A stretch of 64,000 bases of DNA from Rhodocyclaceae bacterium (GCA_004379165.1 NKXK01000031.1:215-64214); one strand, 5' to 3'; shown: positions 11,359 to 22,265, numbered from the stretch's first letter. Numbers and translations: made by a program. Notes: generated by a model not told the origin, from the sequence alone.

Positions 11359-11374
11359 AATTGGTCTTACCATT
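11359..11374. promoter_or_regulatory. PdhR/LldR-type operator, copy 3 (AATTGGTCTTACCATT), about 35 nt upstream of lutA
   Basis: Same box in inverted orientation (central CTT instead of AAG), with one mismatch to the 17-mer consensus. Its centre is about 113 bp from copy 2. Confidence 0.65.
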
Positions 11375-11405
11375 TTACCATTAATAGATTCACAGTGGAG
11401 ACAAG

Positions 11406-12200
11406 ATGACCCGGACGCCCCCCAATCAGACGCCCCCCCGGGACGTATATTTCTTCGCCACTTGCGTGGTCGACCAGTTTTTCCCCGGCGCCGGCATGGA
11501 TGCCATCACCCTGCTCGAACGCCAAGGGCTGCGCGTGCATTTCCCGGAACAACAAACCTGCTGCGGGCAGCCCGCCTATACCAGCGGCTTCCCCGATGAA
11601 GCGCGCAAGGTGGCCGCCCATCAACTGACGCTGTTCCCCAACGACTGGCCAGTCGTTGTCCCGTCCGGCTCGTGCGCGGGCATGATGAAGCACCACTACC
11701 CGACGCTGTTTGCCAGCGACCCGGCGCGCAAGGCGCAGGCCGATGCCCTGTCGGGCCGGATCTACGAGTTGACGCAGTTTCTGGTCGAGGTTCTCAATTT
11801 CAAACCTGAGGACTGCGGCAGCGACTGCACCGTCGTGCTGCATACCTCGTGTTCGGCCCGCCGCGAAATGAACGTGCACGTCACAGGCCGGCAACTGCTG
11901 GGCGACCTGGCCAAAGTCACTGTCGCGCAACAGGATCACGAATCGGAATGCTGCGGCTTTGGCGGCACCTTCTCGGTCAAGCAACCCGAAATCTCCGGCG
12001 CGATGGTCGAAGACAAGGTCAAGGCGCTGAAGGCGACCAGCGCCGAGCGTGTGGTCAGCGCCGACTGCGGCTGCCTGATGAACATCCTCGGTCACGCTGC
12101 CTGGAAGGACCAGCAGGAAGGCCGGACCCAACCCGCGCTGCCCGGCGAGCACATCGCCAGCTTCCTGCTGCGCCGTACGTCAAAGGAGACCGCCCGATGA
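11406..12200 (+). CDS. lutA: L-lactate utilisation protein LutA/LldE, (Fe-S)-binding CCG-domain oxidoreductase subunit
   Basis: 264 aa. VYFFATCVVDQFFP, two CCG motifs (QQTCCGQPAYTSG, ESECCGFGGTFS). GGAG SD upstream. Confidence 0.9.
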   Translation: MTRTPPNQTPPRDVYFFATCVVDQFFPGAGMDAITLLERQGLRVHFPEQQTCCGQPAYTSGFPDEARKVAAHQLTLFPNDWPVVVPSGSCAGMMKHHYPTLFASDPARKAQADALSGRIYELTQFLVEVLNFKPEDCGSDCTVVLHTSCSARREMNVHVTGRQLLGDLAKVTVAQQDHESECCGFGGTFSVKQPEISGAMVEDKVKALKATSAERVVSADCGCLMNILGHAAWKDQQEGRTQPALPGEHIASFLLRRTSKETAR

Positions 12201-12868
12201 GCGCCCGTGACCGCATCCTTGCCAAATTACGTGCAAATTCACCGTCGACCGCAGGCGAGCTCCCCGATGTCGCCAGCTGGTACGCCGGCCACCGCCCGGT
12301 CGAATCCGCGGCCGACAAGGCGCAACGCTTCCGTCACTTCATCGAACTGGCGCATGCCGAGGTCTATCGGGTGTCGCGTGACGGCTGGCTGCAAAAGCTG
12401 TGGGAAGTGCTGTCTGCCCGCCACATCGACAAGCTGCTGGTCAGCCGCGATACGCCGCACGGCGAACGGGCGCTGGCCGAACTGCCGCAGAGCGGCATCG
12501 CCTGCCAGGCCTACACGCAGGCCATTGAGTCGTGGAAGGCCGAGCTGTTCCATCACATCCCGGCCAGCCTCACCGGCGCCCGCGGCGCCATCGCCGAGAC
12601 CGGGACGCTGATCCTCTGGCCCGATGAGCGCGAACCGCGCCTGATGTCGCTGGTGCCGCCGCTGCACATCGTGCTGCTCGACGCCAGTCGCATCCACAAC
12701 ACTTTTTACGAAGCGATGACCACGGAAGGCTGGCAGGACGGCCTGCCGACCAACGCCCTGCTGATCTCCGGCCCGTCGAAGACCGCCGACATCCAGCAGA
12801 CCCTGGCCTACGGCGCGCATGGCCCGAAGGAGCTGGTAGTGCTGATGATCGAGGAGGACCTGCAATGA
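12197..12868 (+). CDS. lutC: L-lactate utilisation protein LutC/LldG (LUD domain)
   Basis: 223 aa, MSARDRILAKLRAN..; LUD-type C-terminus (IAETGTLILWP..LVPPLHIVLL..ISGPSKTADIQQTLAYGAHGPKEL). ATGA overlap with the lutA stop. The ORF-track entry 11849..12868 is over-extended. Confidence 0.85.
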   Translation: MSARDRILAKLRANSPSTAGELPDVASWYAGHRPVESAADKAQRFRHFIELAHAEVYRVSRDGWLQKLWEVLSARHIDKLLVSRDTPHGERALAELPQSGIACQAYTQAIESWKAELFHHIPASLTGARGAIAETGTLILWPDEREPRLMSLVPPLHIVLLDASRIHNTFYEAMTTEGWQDGLPTNALLISGPSKTADIQQTLAYGAHGPKELVVLMIEEDLQ

Positions 12869-14307
12869 ACGCACCCCAGACACCGCATACCCTGCACTTC
12901 ATGCCCTCGGCCGGCTTCCGCGCCCGTTCCAAGAACGTCGTCGAAAACCCCTTCCTGCGCCAGAGTTTCCGCGGCGCCATGGATTTCCTGATGTCCAAGC
13001 GGGCGGCACAGTTTCCGGATGCCGAAGAACTCGAAAGCCTGCGCTCGCTGGGCGAACGCATCCGCCAGTACAACCTCGCCAAGCTGCCGGATCTGCTGCT
13101 CCGGCTCGAAGACAAGCTGACCGGCAACGGCATCCAGGTCCATTGGGCCGAAACGCCGGAGGAAGCCAACGAAATCATCCTCGGCATCTGCCACAAGCAT
13201 TCGGCGAAGCTGATGGTCAAGGGCAAGTCGATGGTCAGTGAGGAAATCGAGCTGAACCACGCTGCCGAAGCGGCCGGCGTCGGCGCACTTGAATCCGACA
13301 TGGGCGAATACATCGTCCAACTGGCCAACGAAAAGCCTTCGCATATCATCATGCCGGCGATTCACAAGACCAAGGAAGAGATCGCCAGTCTCTTCGCCGA
13401 AAAGGTTGAAGGCGTCGATTACACCGACAACGTCGATGCGCTGATCCAGATCGGCCGCACCGTCCTGCGGCAGAAGTTTCTCGAGGCCGACATCGGCCTC
13501 TCCGGCGTCAATTTTGCCGTCGCCGAGACCGGCACGCTCTGCCTGGTCGAGAACGAAGGCAACGGCCGCATGTGCACCACGGCGCCACCGGTGCACATCG
13601 CCATCACCGGCATCGAGAAAATCGTCGAAAAGCTAGAGCACGTGCCGCCGCTCTACTCGCTGCTGACGCGCTCGGCGACCGGCCAGAATATCTCGACCTA
13701 CTTCAACATGATCTCCGGCCCGCGCAAACCCGGCGAAAAGGACGGTCCGGGGGAAGTGCACCTGGTGCTGCTCGACAACGGCCGCAGCCAAGCCTACGCC
13801 GACGAACAACTGCGCAAGACCCTGCAGTGCATCCGCTGCGGCGCCTGCATGAACCACTGCCCAGTCTACACCCGCATCGGCGGCCATGCCTACGGCACGA
13901 CCTACCCCGGCCCGATCGGCAAGATCGTCTCGCCGCACATGCTCGGTCTGGAGGCCACGGCCGGCCTCGTCACCGCCTCATCGCTCTGCGGCGCCTGCGG
14001 CGAAGTCTGCCCGGTCAAGATTCCGATTCCCGACCTGCTGGTGCGCCTGCGCGAAGAAGCGTTTTCAGAACCCAAAGCCAACCCGGCGATGCGCGGCCAG
14101 GGCGCTGGCCACAACGGGCTGATCTCGAACATCTGGCGCGGCTGGGCGATGGTCTATCGTTCGCCGACGATGTATCGGGCGGTGTCGTGGCTGACCAGCC
14201 GGTTCAACTGGCTGACGCCGTCGAAACAAGGAGCGTGGACGTCGGTACGGGTACCATTGAAGCCGGCGCCGAAGCGGTTGCGGGATATGTTGGCTGAGCG
14301 GCGGTGA
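12865..14307 (+). CDS. lutB: L-lactate utilisation iron-sulfur protein LutB/LldF
   Basis: 480 aa. LUD domain (VAETGTLCLVENEGNGRM..APPVHIAITGIEK) plus two ferredoxin-type motifs (CIRCGACMNHCP, CGACGEVCP). ATGA overlap with the lutC stop. Confidence 0.9.
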   Translation: MNAPQTPHTLHFMPSAGFRARSKNVVENPFLRQSFRGAMDFLMSKRAAQFPDAEELESLRSLGERIRQYNLAKLPDLLLRLEDKLTGNGIQVHWAETPEEANEIILGICHKHSAKLMVKGKSMVSEEIELNHAAEAAGVGALESDMGEYIVQLANEKPSHIIMPAIHKTKEEIASLFAEKVEGVDYTDNVDALIQIGRTVLRQKFLEADIGLSGVNFAVAETGTLCLVENEGNGRMCTTAPPVHIAITGIEKIVEKLEHVPPLYSLLTRSATGQNISTYFNMISGPRKPGEKDGPGEVHLVLLDNGRSQAYADEQLRKTLQCIRCGACMNHCPVYTRIGGHAYGTTYPGPIGKIVSPHMLGLEATAGLVTASSLCGACGEVCPVKIPIPDLLVRLREEAFSEPKANPAMRGQGAGHNGLISNIWRGWAMVYRSPTMYRAVSWLTSRFNWLTPSKQGAWTSVRVPLKPAPKRLRDMLAERR

Positions 14308-14384
14308 TTGTGCGTTTTCATCCACTGTGTTCCGCCTTGAAGGCGCAACCCTACGCCCGAACAATTAACTGATCCCCAAACGCC

Positions 14385-17156
14385 ATGACCGATCTCATCC
14401 AAACCCTCCGCCAGCACCTCCCCGATCACCAGATCATCACCGACGAGCTGCGCCGTCTGGCGTATGGCACCGACGCCAGCTTCTACCGGCTGATTCCGCA
14501 GGTAATCACGGTCATCGAATCCGAACACGAAGCAAAAGCCGTGTTGACCGCAGCCCACGCCCACCGGACGCCGGTGACTTTCCGTGCGGCTGGCACCAGC
14601 CTCTCCGGGCAGGCGATCAGTGACGGCATCCTGACACTGATCGGTGAAGGCTTTGCCACCTACGAGTTGTCGGCCGATGCGAAGAAAGTACGTGTCGGTC
14701 CGGGCATCGTCGGGGGCGAGGTCAATCGTCGGCTGGCGCCGCATGGCAAAAAAATCGGGCCTGACCCGGCGTCGATTGGTGCTGCCAAGATCGGCGGCAT
14801 TGCCGCCAACAACGCCTCCGGCATGTGCTGCGGCACCTCGCAGAACAGCTACAAGACGCTGGCTGGCCTGCGCGTAATGCTGGCCGACGGCACCGTGCTC
14901 GATACCGAGGACGCGCTGAGCCGCGATGCCTTCACCAAATCCCACGCCGTCCTGCTTGGCGAACTCGAACGCCTGGGCCGCGACACCCGCAACAACGCCC
15001 AGCTGGCCGAACGCATCCGCCACAAGTTCAAGATCAAGAACACCACCGGCTACAGCCTTAATGCGCTGGTCGATTACGAAGATCCGTTCGACATCCTTGC
15101 CCACCTTATGATTGGCTCCGAGGGCACCCTCGGCTTCATTTCGCGGATCACCTACCAGACCGTTGTCGAAGACCCTTGCAAGGCCTCCGCCCTGGTGTTC
15201 TTCCCCGATATTCGCACCGCCTGCGAAGCCGTCATCCGCCTCAAACCGCAACCGGTTGCCGCCGTCGAACTGCTCGACCGGCCGGCACTGCACTCGGTCG
15301 AAAACAAGCCGGGCCTGCCGCCGGTGATCCGCGAACTGGGGGAAGAAGCGGCGGCACTACTGATCGAAGTTCGCGCCGCCGATAGCGCGGGCATCGACAG
15401 CAAGATCGCCGCCGTGCTGGCGGCGATGAAAGGCGTCACCACGTTCGAGCCGGTGCAGTTCTCGTCCGACCCGGCGACCTGCGACATGTACTGGAAGGTC
15501 CGCAAGGGCACGTTCCCGGCGGTAGGCGCCATGCGCCGCACCGGCACCACGGTACTGATCGAGGACGTCGCCTTTCCCATCGCGTCGCTGGCCGATGCGA
15601 CCCTCGACCTGCAAATGCTGCTGCGCCACCACGGCTATCACGAGGGCATCATCTTCGGGCACGCGCTGGAGGGGAACCTGCATTTCGTGATCACCCAGGA
15701 TTTCGCCGACGCGGCTGAAATCGACCGCTACGCCCGCTTCATGGACGACGTCTGCGAGCTGGTGGTGGAGAAATACGACGGCTCGCTGAAAGCCGAGCAC
15801 GGCACTGGCCGCAACATGGCGCCCTTTGTCGAAATGGAATGGGGCAAGGAAGCCACGCAGCTGATGCGCCGGATCAAGACCTTGTTCGACCCTGAAAACC
15901 GACTTAACCCGGGCGTCATCATCAACGACAACCCGCATGCCCACCTCGAAAACCTGAAGCCGATGCCGGCGGCCGAAGACATTGTTGATCAGTGCATCGA
16001 GTGCGGTTTCTGCGAGCCCCTCTGCCCCTCGCACCGCCTGACCCTCAGCCCCCGCCAGCGCATCACCAGCATCCGCGAACTCTCGCGCCGTGCCGCCAGC
16101 GGCGAACACGCGGCACAGATCGCGGCTGACTTCACCTACATGGGCCTCGACACCTGTGCCGGTTGCGGCCTGTGTTCGACCGCCTGTCCGGTCGGCATCA
16201 ATACCGGTGACCTGACCCGCCGCCTGCGCGGCCGGGCTATCGGCGATACCGCTCGCAGCGTCAATGCCTGGACGGGCAGGAATTTCGGGGTACTGGCCAC
16301 CGCCTCGCGCCTCGGCCTCAAGGCAGGTCATGCCGCCGCGGCCGTTCTCGGCGACAAGCTGCTCGCCCGCGCCTCTGGCGGTGCCTGGAAAAACCGCATG
16401 CCGCACGCCGGCAAGGCGCCGGCAGCGCGCACCAACGCCGGCGACCCGGTGGTGTATTTCCCGACCTGCGGCGGCCGGATTTTTGGCCCGGCCGATGCCG
16501 GCGAACAGCAACTGGGTGACGTCATCAGCGAACTGCTGGTTCGCGCCGGCTACGCTCCGATCCTGCCCGAGGGTTTTGACAAGCTCTGTTGCGGCCAGAT
16601 GCTGGCAAGCAAGGGCATGCTCGAAGAAGCCGAAGACATGGCGAAGACGCTGGAAGCCGCGCTACTGAAGGCATCGGACAATGGCCGTATTCCGGTGATC
16701 ATGGATGCCAGCACCTGCTCGGCGCGGATGCAGGCGCATCTGGCCGGCAACAAACGCCTTCAGGTCTACGACTTTCACGAGTTTGCCCACGATGCGCTGC
16801 TGCCGCGCCTGATGATCCAGAAGCAAAGCGCACCGGTCGCCCTGCACATTAACTGCAGCGTTCGCAAAAACGGCGCCGACGGCAAGCTGCGCGCCCTGCT
16901 CCGGGCCTGTGCGGAACAGGTGATCGAGCCGGCCGGGGTCACCTGCTGCGGCTTCGCTGGCGACCGTGGCTTCGCCGTTCCGGAACTCAACCACCATGCG
17001 CTGCGCCACATTCAGGCCGAGCTGCCCGCCAACTGCGCCTGCGGCGTCTCGACCAATCGCACCTGCGAAATCGGCCTGACCGCCGAAACCGGTGTGACCT
17101 ACCAGTCGGTGGCGTATTTGCTCGAAAAATGCAGTCGACCGCAGGAGACCTGCTGA
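14385..17156 (+). CDS. dld: Fused FAD-binding / 4Fe-4S / CCG-domain oxidase, Dld-II type D-lactate dehydrogenase candidate
   Basis: 923 aa. N-terminal FAD-linked oxidase domains (RAAGTSLSGQA, KAEHGTGRNM), central CIECGFCEPLCP and CAGCGLCSTACP, C-terminal CCG repeats (KLCCGQM, VTCCGFAGDRG). The architecture matches the ~930-aa Shewanella-type Dld-II as I recall it. Substrate is inferred from context. Confidence 0.8.
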   Translation: MTDLIQTLRQHLPDHQIITDELRRLAYGTDASFYRLIPQVITVIESEHEAKAVLTAAHAHRTPVTFRAAGTSLSGQAISDGILTLIGEGFATYELSADAKKVRVGPGIVGGEVNRRLAPHGKKIGPDPASIGAAKIGGIAANNASGMCCGTSQNSYKTLAGLRVMLADGTVLDTEDALSRDAFTKSHAVLLGELERLGRDTRNNAQLAERIRHKFKIKNTTGYSLNALVDYEDPFDILAHLMIGSEGTLGFISRITYQTVVEDPCKASALVFFPDIRTACEAVIRLKPQPVAAVELLDRPALHSVENKPGLPPVIRELGEEAAALLIEVRAADSAGIDSKIAAVLAAMKGVTTFEPVQFSSDPATCDMYWKVRKGTFPAVGAMRRTGTTVLIEDVAFPIASLADATLDLQMLLRHHGYHEGIIFGHALEGNLHFVITQDFADAAEIDRYARFMDDVCELVVEKYDGSLKAEHGTGRNMAPFVEMEWGKEATQLMRRIKTLFDPENRLNPGVIINDNPHAHLENLKPMPAAEDIVDQCIECGFCEPLCPSHRLTLSPRQRITSIRELSRRAASGEHAAQIAADFTYMGLDTCAGCGLCSTACPVGINTGDLTRRLRGRAIGDTARSVNAWTGRNFGVLATASRLGLKAGHAAAAVLGDKLLARASGGAWKNRMPHAGKAPAARTNAGDPVVYFPTCGGRIFGPADAGEQQLGDVISELLVRAGYAPILPEGFDKLCCGQMLASKGMLEEAEDMAKTLEAALLKASDNGRIPVIMDASTCSARMQAHLAGNKRLQVYDFHEFAHDALLPRLMIQKQSAPVALHINCSVRKNGADGKLRALLRACAEQVIEPAGVTCCGFAGDRGFAVPELNHHALRHIQAELPANCACGVSTNRTCEIGLTAETGVTYQSVAYLLEKCSRPQETC

Positions 17157-17252
17157 GCCAGTTTCTTCGACCCCGATAAGGTTTTCCCTAACTGTCGGCG
17201 CACCGGCAAATTGCTATGGTGCGTCCTGTCAAAAATTTATAGGAGTATTGCC

Positions 17253-17705
17253 ATGTACAAGAACATTCTTGTCGCCATTGACGATAGCGAAACGTCCCGT
17301 TGCGCCCTCAAGGAAGCGCTGCACATTGCCAAGTGCAGCGATGCCAAGCTCTACATCACGCACGTCACCGATGACTCCCTGCTCAATGTGCATGGTCACG
17401 TCTTTGCCCACATGGCCGAATCCGAAGCCACCCGGGCGATCACCACGCTGAGCGAAGCCGGGCAGAAACTGCTGGTCGATGCGATGCTCTCCGCCGATGG
17501 CATCAATGCCGAGGCGCTGCTCCTCAACGCCAGCAACCGCCGCGTTTCCGAAACCATCGCCGACAAGGCCAAGGAACTGGGCGTGGACCTGATCATCATC
17601 GGCCGCCACGGCCAGCGCGGTCTGGCGACGCTGATTCTCGGCTCGGTCGCCGAACAGCTGGCGAAGATTGCAGACGCCTCGGTATTGCTCGTCCGCAAGC
17701 ACTGA
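17253..17705 (+). CDS. Universal stress protein (UspA family)
   Basis: 150 aa: MYKNILVAIDDSETS..LYITHV..DLIIIGRHGQRGLATLILGSVAEQLAKIADASVLLV. AGGAG SD 8 nt upstream of the ATG at 17253. Confidence 0.9.
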   Translation: MYKNILVAIDDSETSRCALKEALHIAKCSDAKLYITHVTDDSLLNVHGHVFAHMAESEATRAITTLSEAGQKLLVDAMLSADGINAEALLLNASNRRVSETIADKAKELGVDLIIIGRHGQRGLATLILGSVAEQLAKIADASVLLVRKH

Positions 17706-17728
17706 GTCCAAGCACGCCGTGCCCTTCA

Positions 17729-17760
17729 GCAACCCGCCGATACCGGCGACGGCGGGTTGC
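17729..17760 (+). terminator. Stem-loop downstream of usp (possible terminator or attenuator, no U-tract)
   Basis: 10-bp perfect stem GCAACCCGCC / GGCGGGTTGC with a 12-nt loop. It is not followed by a T-run, so intrinsic termination is doubtful. Confidence 0.3.
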
Positions 17761-17849
17761 CATGCCGGAGTTGATTCGCGCTGAGACGACTCAGGCGCCA
17801 GAATACTAAGAAAAACATCTTCACCGGCCTCTCTCAACAGGACACCCCT

Positions 17850-20621
17850 ATGCCCGCCAGCCCGCTCGATCTCAAAAAGGACGAACCCCTCCGCAACGAC
17901 ATCCGCCTGCTTGGTCGCATCCTCGGCGACACGGTCCGCGAACAGGAAGGCGATGCCACATTCGAAGTCGTCGAGCGTGTCCGCCAGACGGCTGTCCGCT
18001 TCGCCCGCGATGGTGATCCTGCCGCCCGCGCCGAACTGGTCGCATTGCTCGACCCACTGCCACGCGAAACAACGCAGGCCGTCGTTCGCGCCTTTTCCTA
18101 CTTCCTTCAACTGGCCAACATCGCCGAGGACGAGCACCACATCCGCCGGCGCCGCGCCCACGACCTGGCGGGTTCGCCACCGCGCGAAGGCAGCCTGATT
18201 CATGCCCTCGATGCGCTGGCCGCGGCCGATGTCTCGCCGGATGCCCTCGCCAACTTTTTCGCCCACGCGCTCGTCGCACCGGTACTCACCGCCCACCCGA
18301 CCGAAGTCCAGCGCCAGAGCCTGATCCGCAATCACCGCGACCTGGCCCATCTGCTCGACCAACGCGAACGCCTGCAAATGACGCCGGAAGAGCAGGCAGA
18401 AAACGACCAGGCCATCGCCAACGCTATCCTGACCCTTTGGCAGTCGCGCATGCTGCGTCCGGTGCGACTCAAAGTCATTGACGAGGTCAAGAACGGTATC
18501 ACCTACTTCAAGGAAACTTTCTTCACCGAGCTGCCGCGGCTTTACATTCAGGCGACGCAGCAATTGCAGAAGCGCTTCCCCGACAAAACCTGGGCGCTGC
18601 CGCCCTTCTTCCGTGTCGGCTCTTGGATCGGTGGCGACCGTGACGGCAATCCCTTCGTCACCGGTGAAATCCTCAGTGAGGCGCTGCGCCTGCAATCGGC
18701 AGCGGCACTCAATCATTATCTGGCCGAGGTCCATGAGTTGGGCGGAGAACTGCCGCTGTCCGACCTGCTGGTCAAGGTGACACCGGACTTGCTGAAACTG
18801 GCCGAAAACTCGACCGACCATTCACCGCAACGCGCCGATGAACCTTATCGCCGGGCGCTGTCCGGCATCTATGCCCGACTGGCCGCGACGGCGCGCAACC
18901 TCGATCAGGTTGAGCCGCTGCGTCACGAAATCGGTCACGCCGAGCCCTACCCGACACCGGAGGCGTTGCGCGCCGACCTCAAGATCCTCGCCAACTCGCT
19001 GAAACTGAACGGCAGCGCCGCGCTGGCCGGTGGGCGACTTCGCCGGCTGATGCGCGGTGTGCAGATCTTCGGCTTCCATCTGGCGCCGATCGACCTTCGC
19101 CAAAACTCCGACGTCCACGCCCGCTGCGTCGCCGAACTGCTGGCCAAGGCCGGCCGCTGTGCCGACTACGAGTCCTTGCCCGAAATTGAGCGGATTTCCG
19201 TGTTGACCGCAGAAATCGCCACCCCGCGCCCGCTCTACTCTGCCTACATCGACTACAGCGAAGAGACCCGCGGCGAACTCGACATTTTCTTCACCGCCCA
19301 CGCCCTGCGCCGCAAGTATGGCGCCGCCGCGCTGCCCAACTGCATCATTTCCAAGACCGACGGCGTCTCCGATCTGCTCGAGCTCGCCTTGCTGCTCAAG
19401 GAATCGGGTCTGCTGCTGCCGGCTGTCGGCGATCAGGCTGCACGACTCGACGTCAATATCATCCCGCTCTTCGAAACCATCGAGGACTTGCAGAAAAGCG
19501 CCGTCACCATGGATGGCCTGTTCGCGCTGCCCGGCTATCGCGCGCTGATCGCCGGCCGCGGCAACGAACACGAGGTGATGCTCGGGTATTCCGATTCTAA
19601 CAAGGACGGTGGCTTCCTGACCTCCGGCTGGGAGTTGTACAAGGCCGAAATCGCGCTGACCCGCGTCTTCCGCGAGCACGGCGTACGCCTGCGCCTGTTC
19701 CACGGTCGTGGCGGCTCGGTTGGTCGCGGCGGCGGTCCATCCTATCACGCCATCCTTGCCCAACCCGCGGGCGCGGTGTCCGGGCAGATCCGCCTCACCG
19801 AACAGGGCGAAGTCATCTCGACCAAGTACGGCAACCCCGATACCGGCCGCCGCAACCTCGAAGTCCTGCTCGCCGCAACACTGGAAGCCAGCCTCACCGA
19901 TCACGAAAACCAGGTCGAGCCGGCAGAGCAGTTCCACGCCGTCATGGATGAACTGTCCGCCCGCGCCTTCAATGCCTATCGCGGCCTGGTCTATGAAACG
20001 CCGGGCTTCACCACCTATTTCCGGCAATCGACCGTCGTCTCCGAAATCGCCTCGCTCAATATCGGTAGCCGCCCGGCTTCGCGCAAGGCCTCGGACCGCA
20101 TCGAAGACCTGCGGGCGATTCCCTGGGTCTTCAGCTGGGCGCAATGCCGCTTGATGCTGCCGGGCTGGTATGGTTTCGGTTCAGCCGTCGAAGGCTATCT
20201 GGCCGAGCATCCGGACGGAGTGGTAACGTTTCGCCGGATGCTCAAATCCTGGTCCTTCTTCCGCTCGCTGCTCTCCAACATGGACATGGTACTGGCCAAG
20301 ACCGACCTCGCCATCGCCTCGCGCTACGCTGAACTGGTCACCGACGCCGATCTGCGCGAGCGTATCTTCAGCCGCATCCAGGCCGAATGGACGCTGACCC
20401 GCAGCCACCTCCTGGCAATTGAAGAACAGGATGAACTGCTGGCCGACAACCCCTTGCTCAGCCAGTCGCTGAAACTCCGCGCCCCGTACATGGACCCGCT
20501 CAACCACCTGCAAGTCGAACTGCTCAAGCGCCACCGCAGCGGCGATACCGACGAGCGACTGGCCCGTGGCATCCACCTTTCGATCAACGGCATTGCCTCC
20601 GGCCTGCGCAACAGCGGTTAA
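17850..20621 (+). CDS. ppc: Phosphoenolpyruvate carboxylase
   Basis: 923 aa. Motifs: VLTAHPTEVQR, GYSDSNKDGGFLTS, FHGRGGSVGRGGGP, canonical C-terminus GLRNSG. Confidence 0.97.
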   Translation: MPASPLDLKKDEPLRNDIRLLGRILGDTVREQEGDATFEVVERVRQTAVRFARDGDPAARAELVALLDPLPRETTQAVVRAFSYFLQLANIAEDEHHIRRRRAHDLAGSPPREGSLIHALDALAAADVSPDALANFFAHALVAPVLTAHPTEVQRQSLIRNHRDLAHLLDQRERLQMTPEEQAENDQAIANAILTLWQSRMLRPVRLKVIDEVKNGITYFKETFFTELPRLYIQATQQLQKRFPDKTWALPPFFRVGSWIGGDRDGNPFVTGEILSEALRLQSAAALNHYLAEVHELGGELPLSDLLVKVTPDLLKLAENSTDHSPQRADEPYRRALSGIYARLAATARNLDQVEPLRHEIGHAEPYPTPEALRADLKILANSLKLNGSAALAGGRLRRLMRGVQIFGFHLAPIDLRQNSDVHARCVAELLAKAGRCADYESLPEIERISVLTAEIATPRPLYSAYIDYSEETRGELDIFFTAHALRRKYGAAALPNCIISKTDGVSDLLELALLLKESGLLLPAVGDQAARLDVNIIPLFETIEDLQKSAVTMDGLFALPGYRALIAGRGNEHEVMLGYSDSNKDGGFLTSGWELYKAEIALTRVFREHGVRLRLFHGRGGSVGRGGGPSYHAILAQPAGAVSGQIRLTEQGEVISTKYGNPDTGRRNLEVLLAATLEASLTDHENQVEPAEQFHAVMDELSARAFNAYRGLVYETPGFTTYFRQSTVVSEIASLNIGSRPASRKASDRIEDLRAIPWVFSWAQCRLMLPGWYGFGSAVEGYLAEHPDGVVTFRRMLKSWSFFRSLLSNMDMVLAKTDLAIASRYAELVTDADLRERIFSRIQAEWTLTRSHLLAIEEQDELLADNPLLSQSLKLRAPYMDPLNHLQVELLKRHRSGDTDERLARGIHLSINGIASGLRNSG

Positions 20622-21449
<828 letters not shown>

Positions 21450-21491
21450 AGCGCACGGCCGCTAGTCCGGCCATTTTGCACGCTTGCCGCT

Positions 21492-22265
21492 TCAGTCGAG
21501 ACGGCGACGCAGCATCTCAAAGAGACACACTGCCGCCGCCGCACCAACGTTGAGCGACTCAACCGCGCCCGGCATTGGAATCCGGATGCGCAAGGCGGCA
21601 ATGTCGATCAAGTCCCGCCGCACGCCCTGACCTTCGGCACCGAAAACCCATGCCAACGGCCCCCGCCATGTCGCGGCATAGAGCGAAGTCGCACCGTCGA
21701 GGCAGGTGACGGCCGTCGTGCCTTGATAGCCGGCCATAAATCCGGCCAGATCGGCATCTTCATGGATGCTCAACACGAAATGCGCCCCCTGCCCGGCACG
21801 TAATACCCGCGGCGACCAAGCGGCAGCGCAGCCCGGCCCAAGCAGTGCCTGCCGGACACCGGCCGCCGCAGCGGTACGCAGCAAGGTGCCGACATTGCCG
21901 GGATCCTGCACGCCATCGAGCAAAATTGCGTCCTTTTCAAGGTTCACCGCAGACGTCGCCTTGGGCAGTGGCACCACGGCCAACAGCCCACTCGGTGTAT
22001 CGACCGGCGACAATTCACGCAATAACGCATCGCCCAGCACCACTAGGTCACGCCCGGCAATGAAACCGGCAACCTCACCGCCAGCGTCGAGCGCAGATTC
22101 ACCGACAATCAGGCTCGGCAACATTCCGAAAACCGCTTCGTAAGCAGCGACCAGATGCATGCCATCGAGCAGCGTCATCCCCTGCTTGCGCCGCTCTCGC
22201 CCGGACTCCGCCAGCTTCTTCAACGGTTTGAAGAAGGGATTGTCGCGGGACTGGATGTGTTTCAT
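21492..22265 (-). CDS. TrmH/SpoU-family RNA 2'-O-methyltransferase
   Basis: 257 aa. N-terminal [13 protein letters not shown], SpoU motifs [48 protein letters not shown]. Confidence 0.85.
   Translation of the reverse strand: MKHIQSRDNPFFKPLKKLAESGRERRKQGMTLLDGMHLVAAYEAVFGMLPSLIVGESALDAGGEVAGFIAGRDLVVLGDALLRELSPVDTPSGLLAVVPLPKATSAVNLEKDAILLDGVQDPGNVGTLLRTAAAAGVRQALLGPGCAAAWSPRVLRAGQGAHFVLSIHEDADLAGFMAGYQGTTAVTCLDGATSLYAATWRGPLAWVFGAEGQGVRRDLIDIAALRIRIPMPGAVESLNVGAAAAVCLFEMLRRRLD

Noticed and set aside
17229-18821. 530-aa minus-strand ORF, one of the longest unexplained ORFs in the track.
   Set aside because: It is entirely antisense to usp and ppc, both of which have canonical motifs. The sequence is low-complexity and Gly/Arg/Ala/Val-rich. 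The same reasoning rejects 1951..2913, 3855..4751, 14154..15293, 15357..16511, 18822..20144, 22660..24000, 25279..26577, 29187..30653, 33749..34801, 39257..40474, 44714..45961, 48895..50277, 51822..52799, 52784..53743 and 60288..61703.
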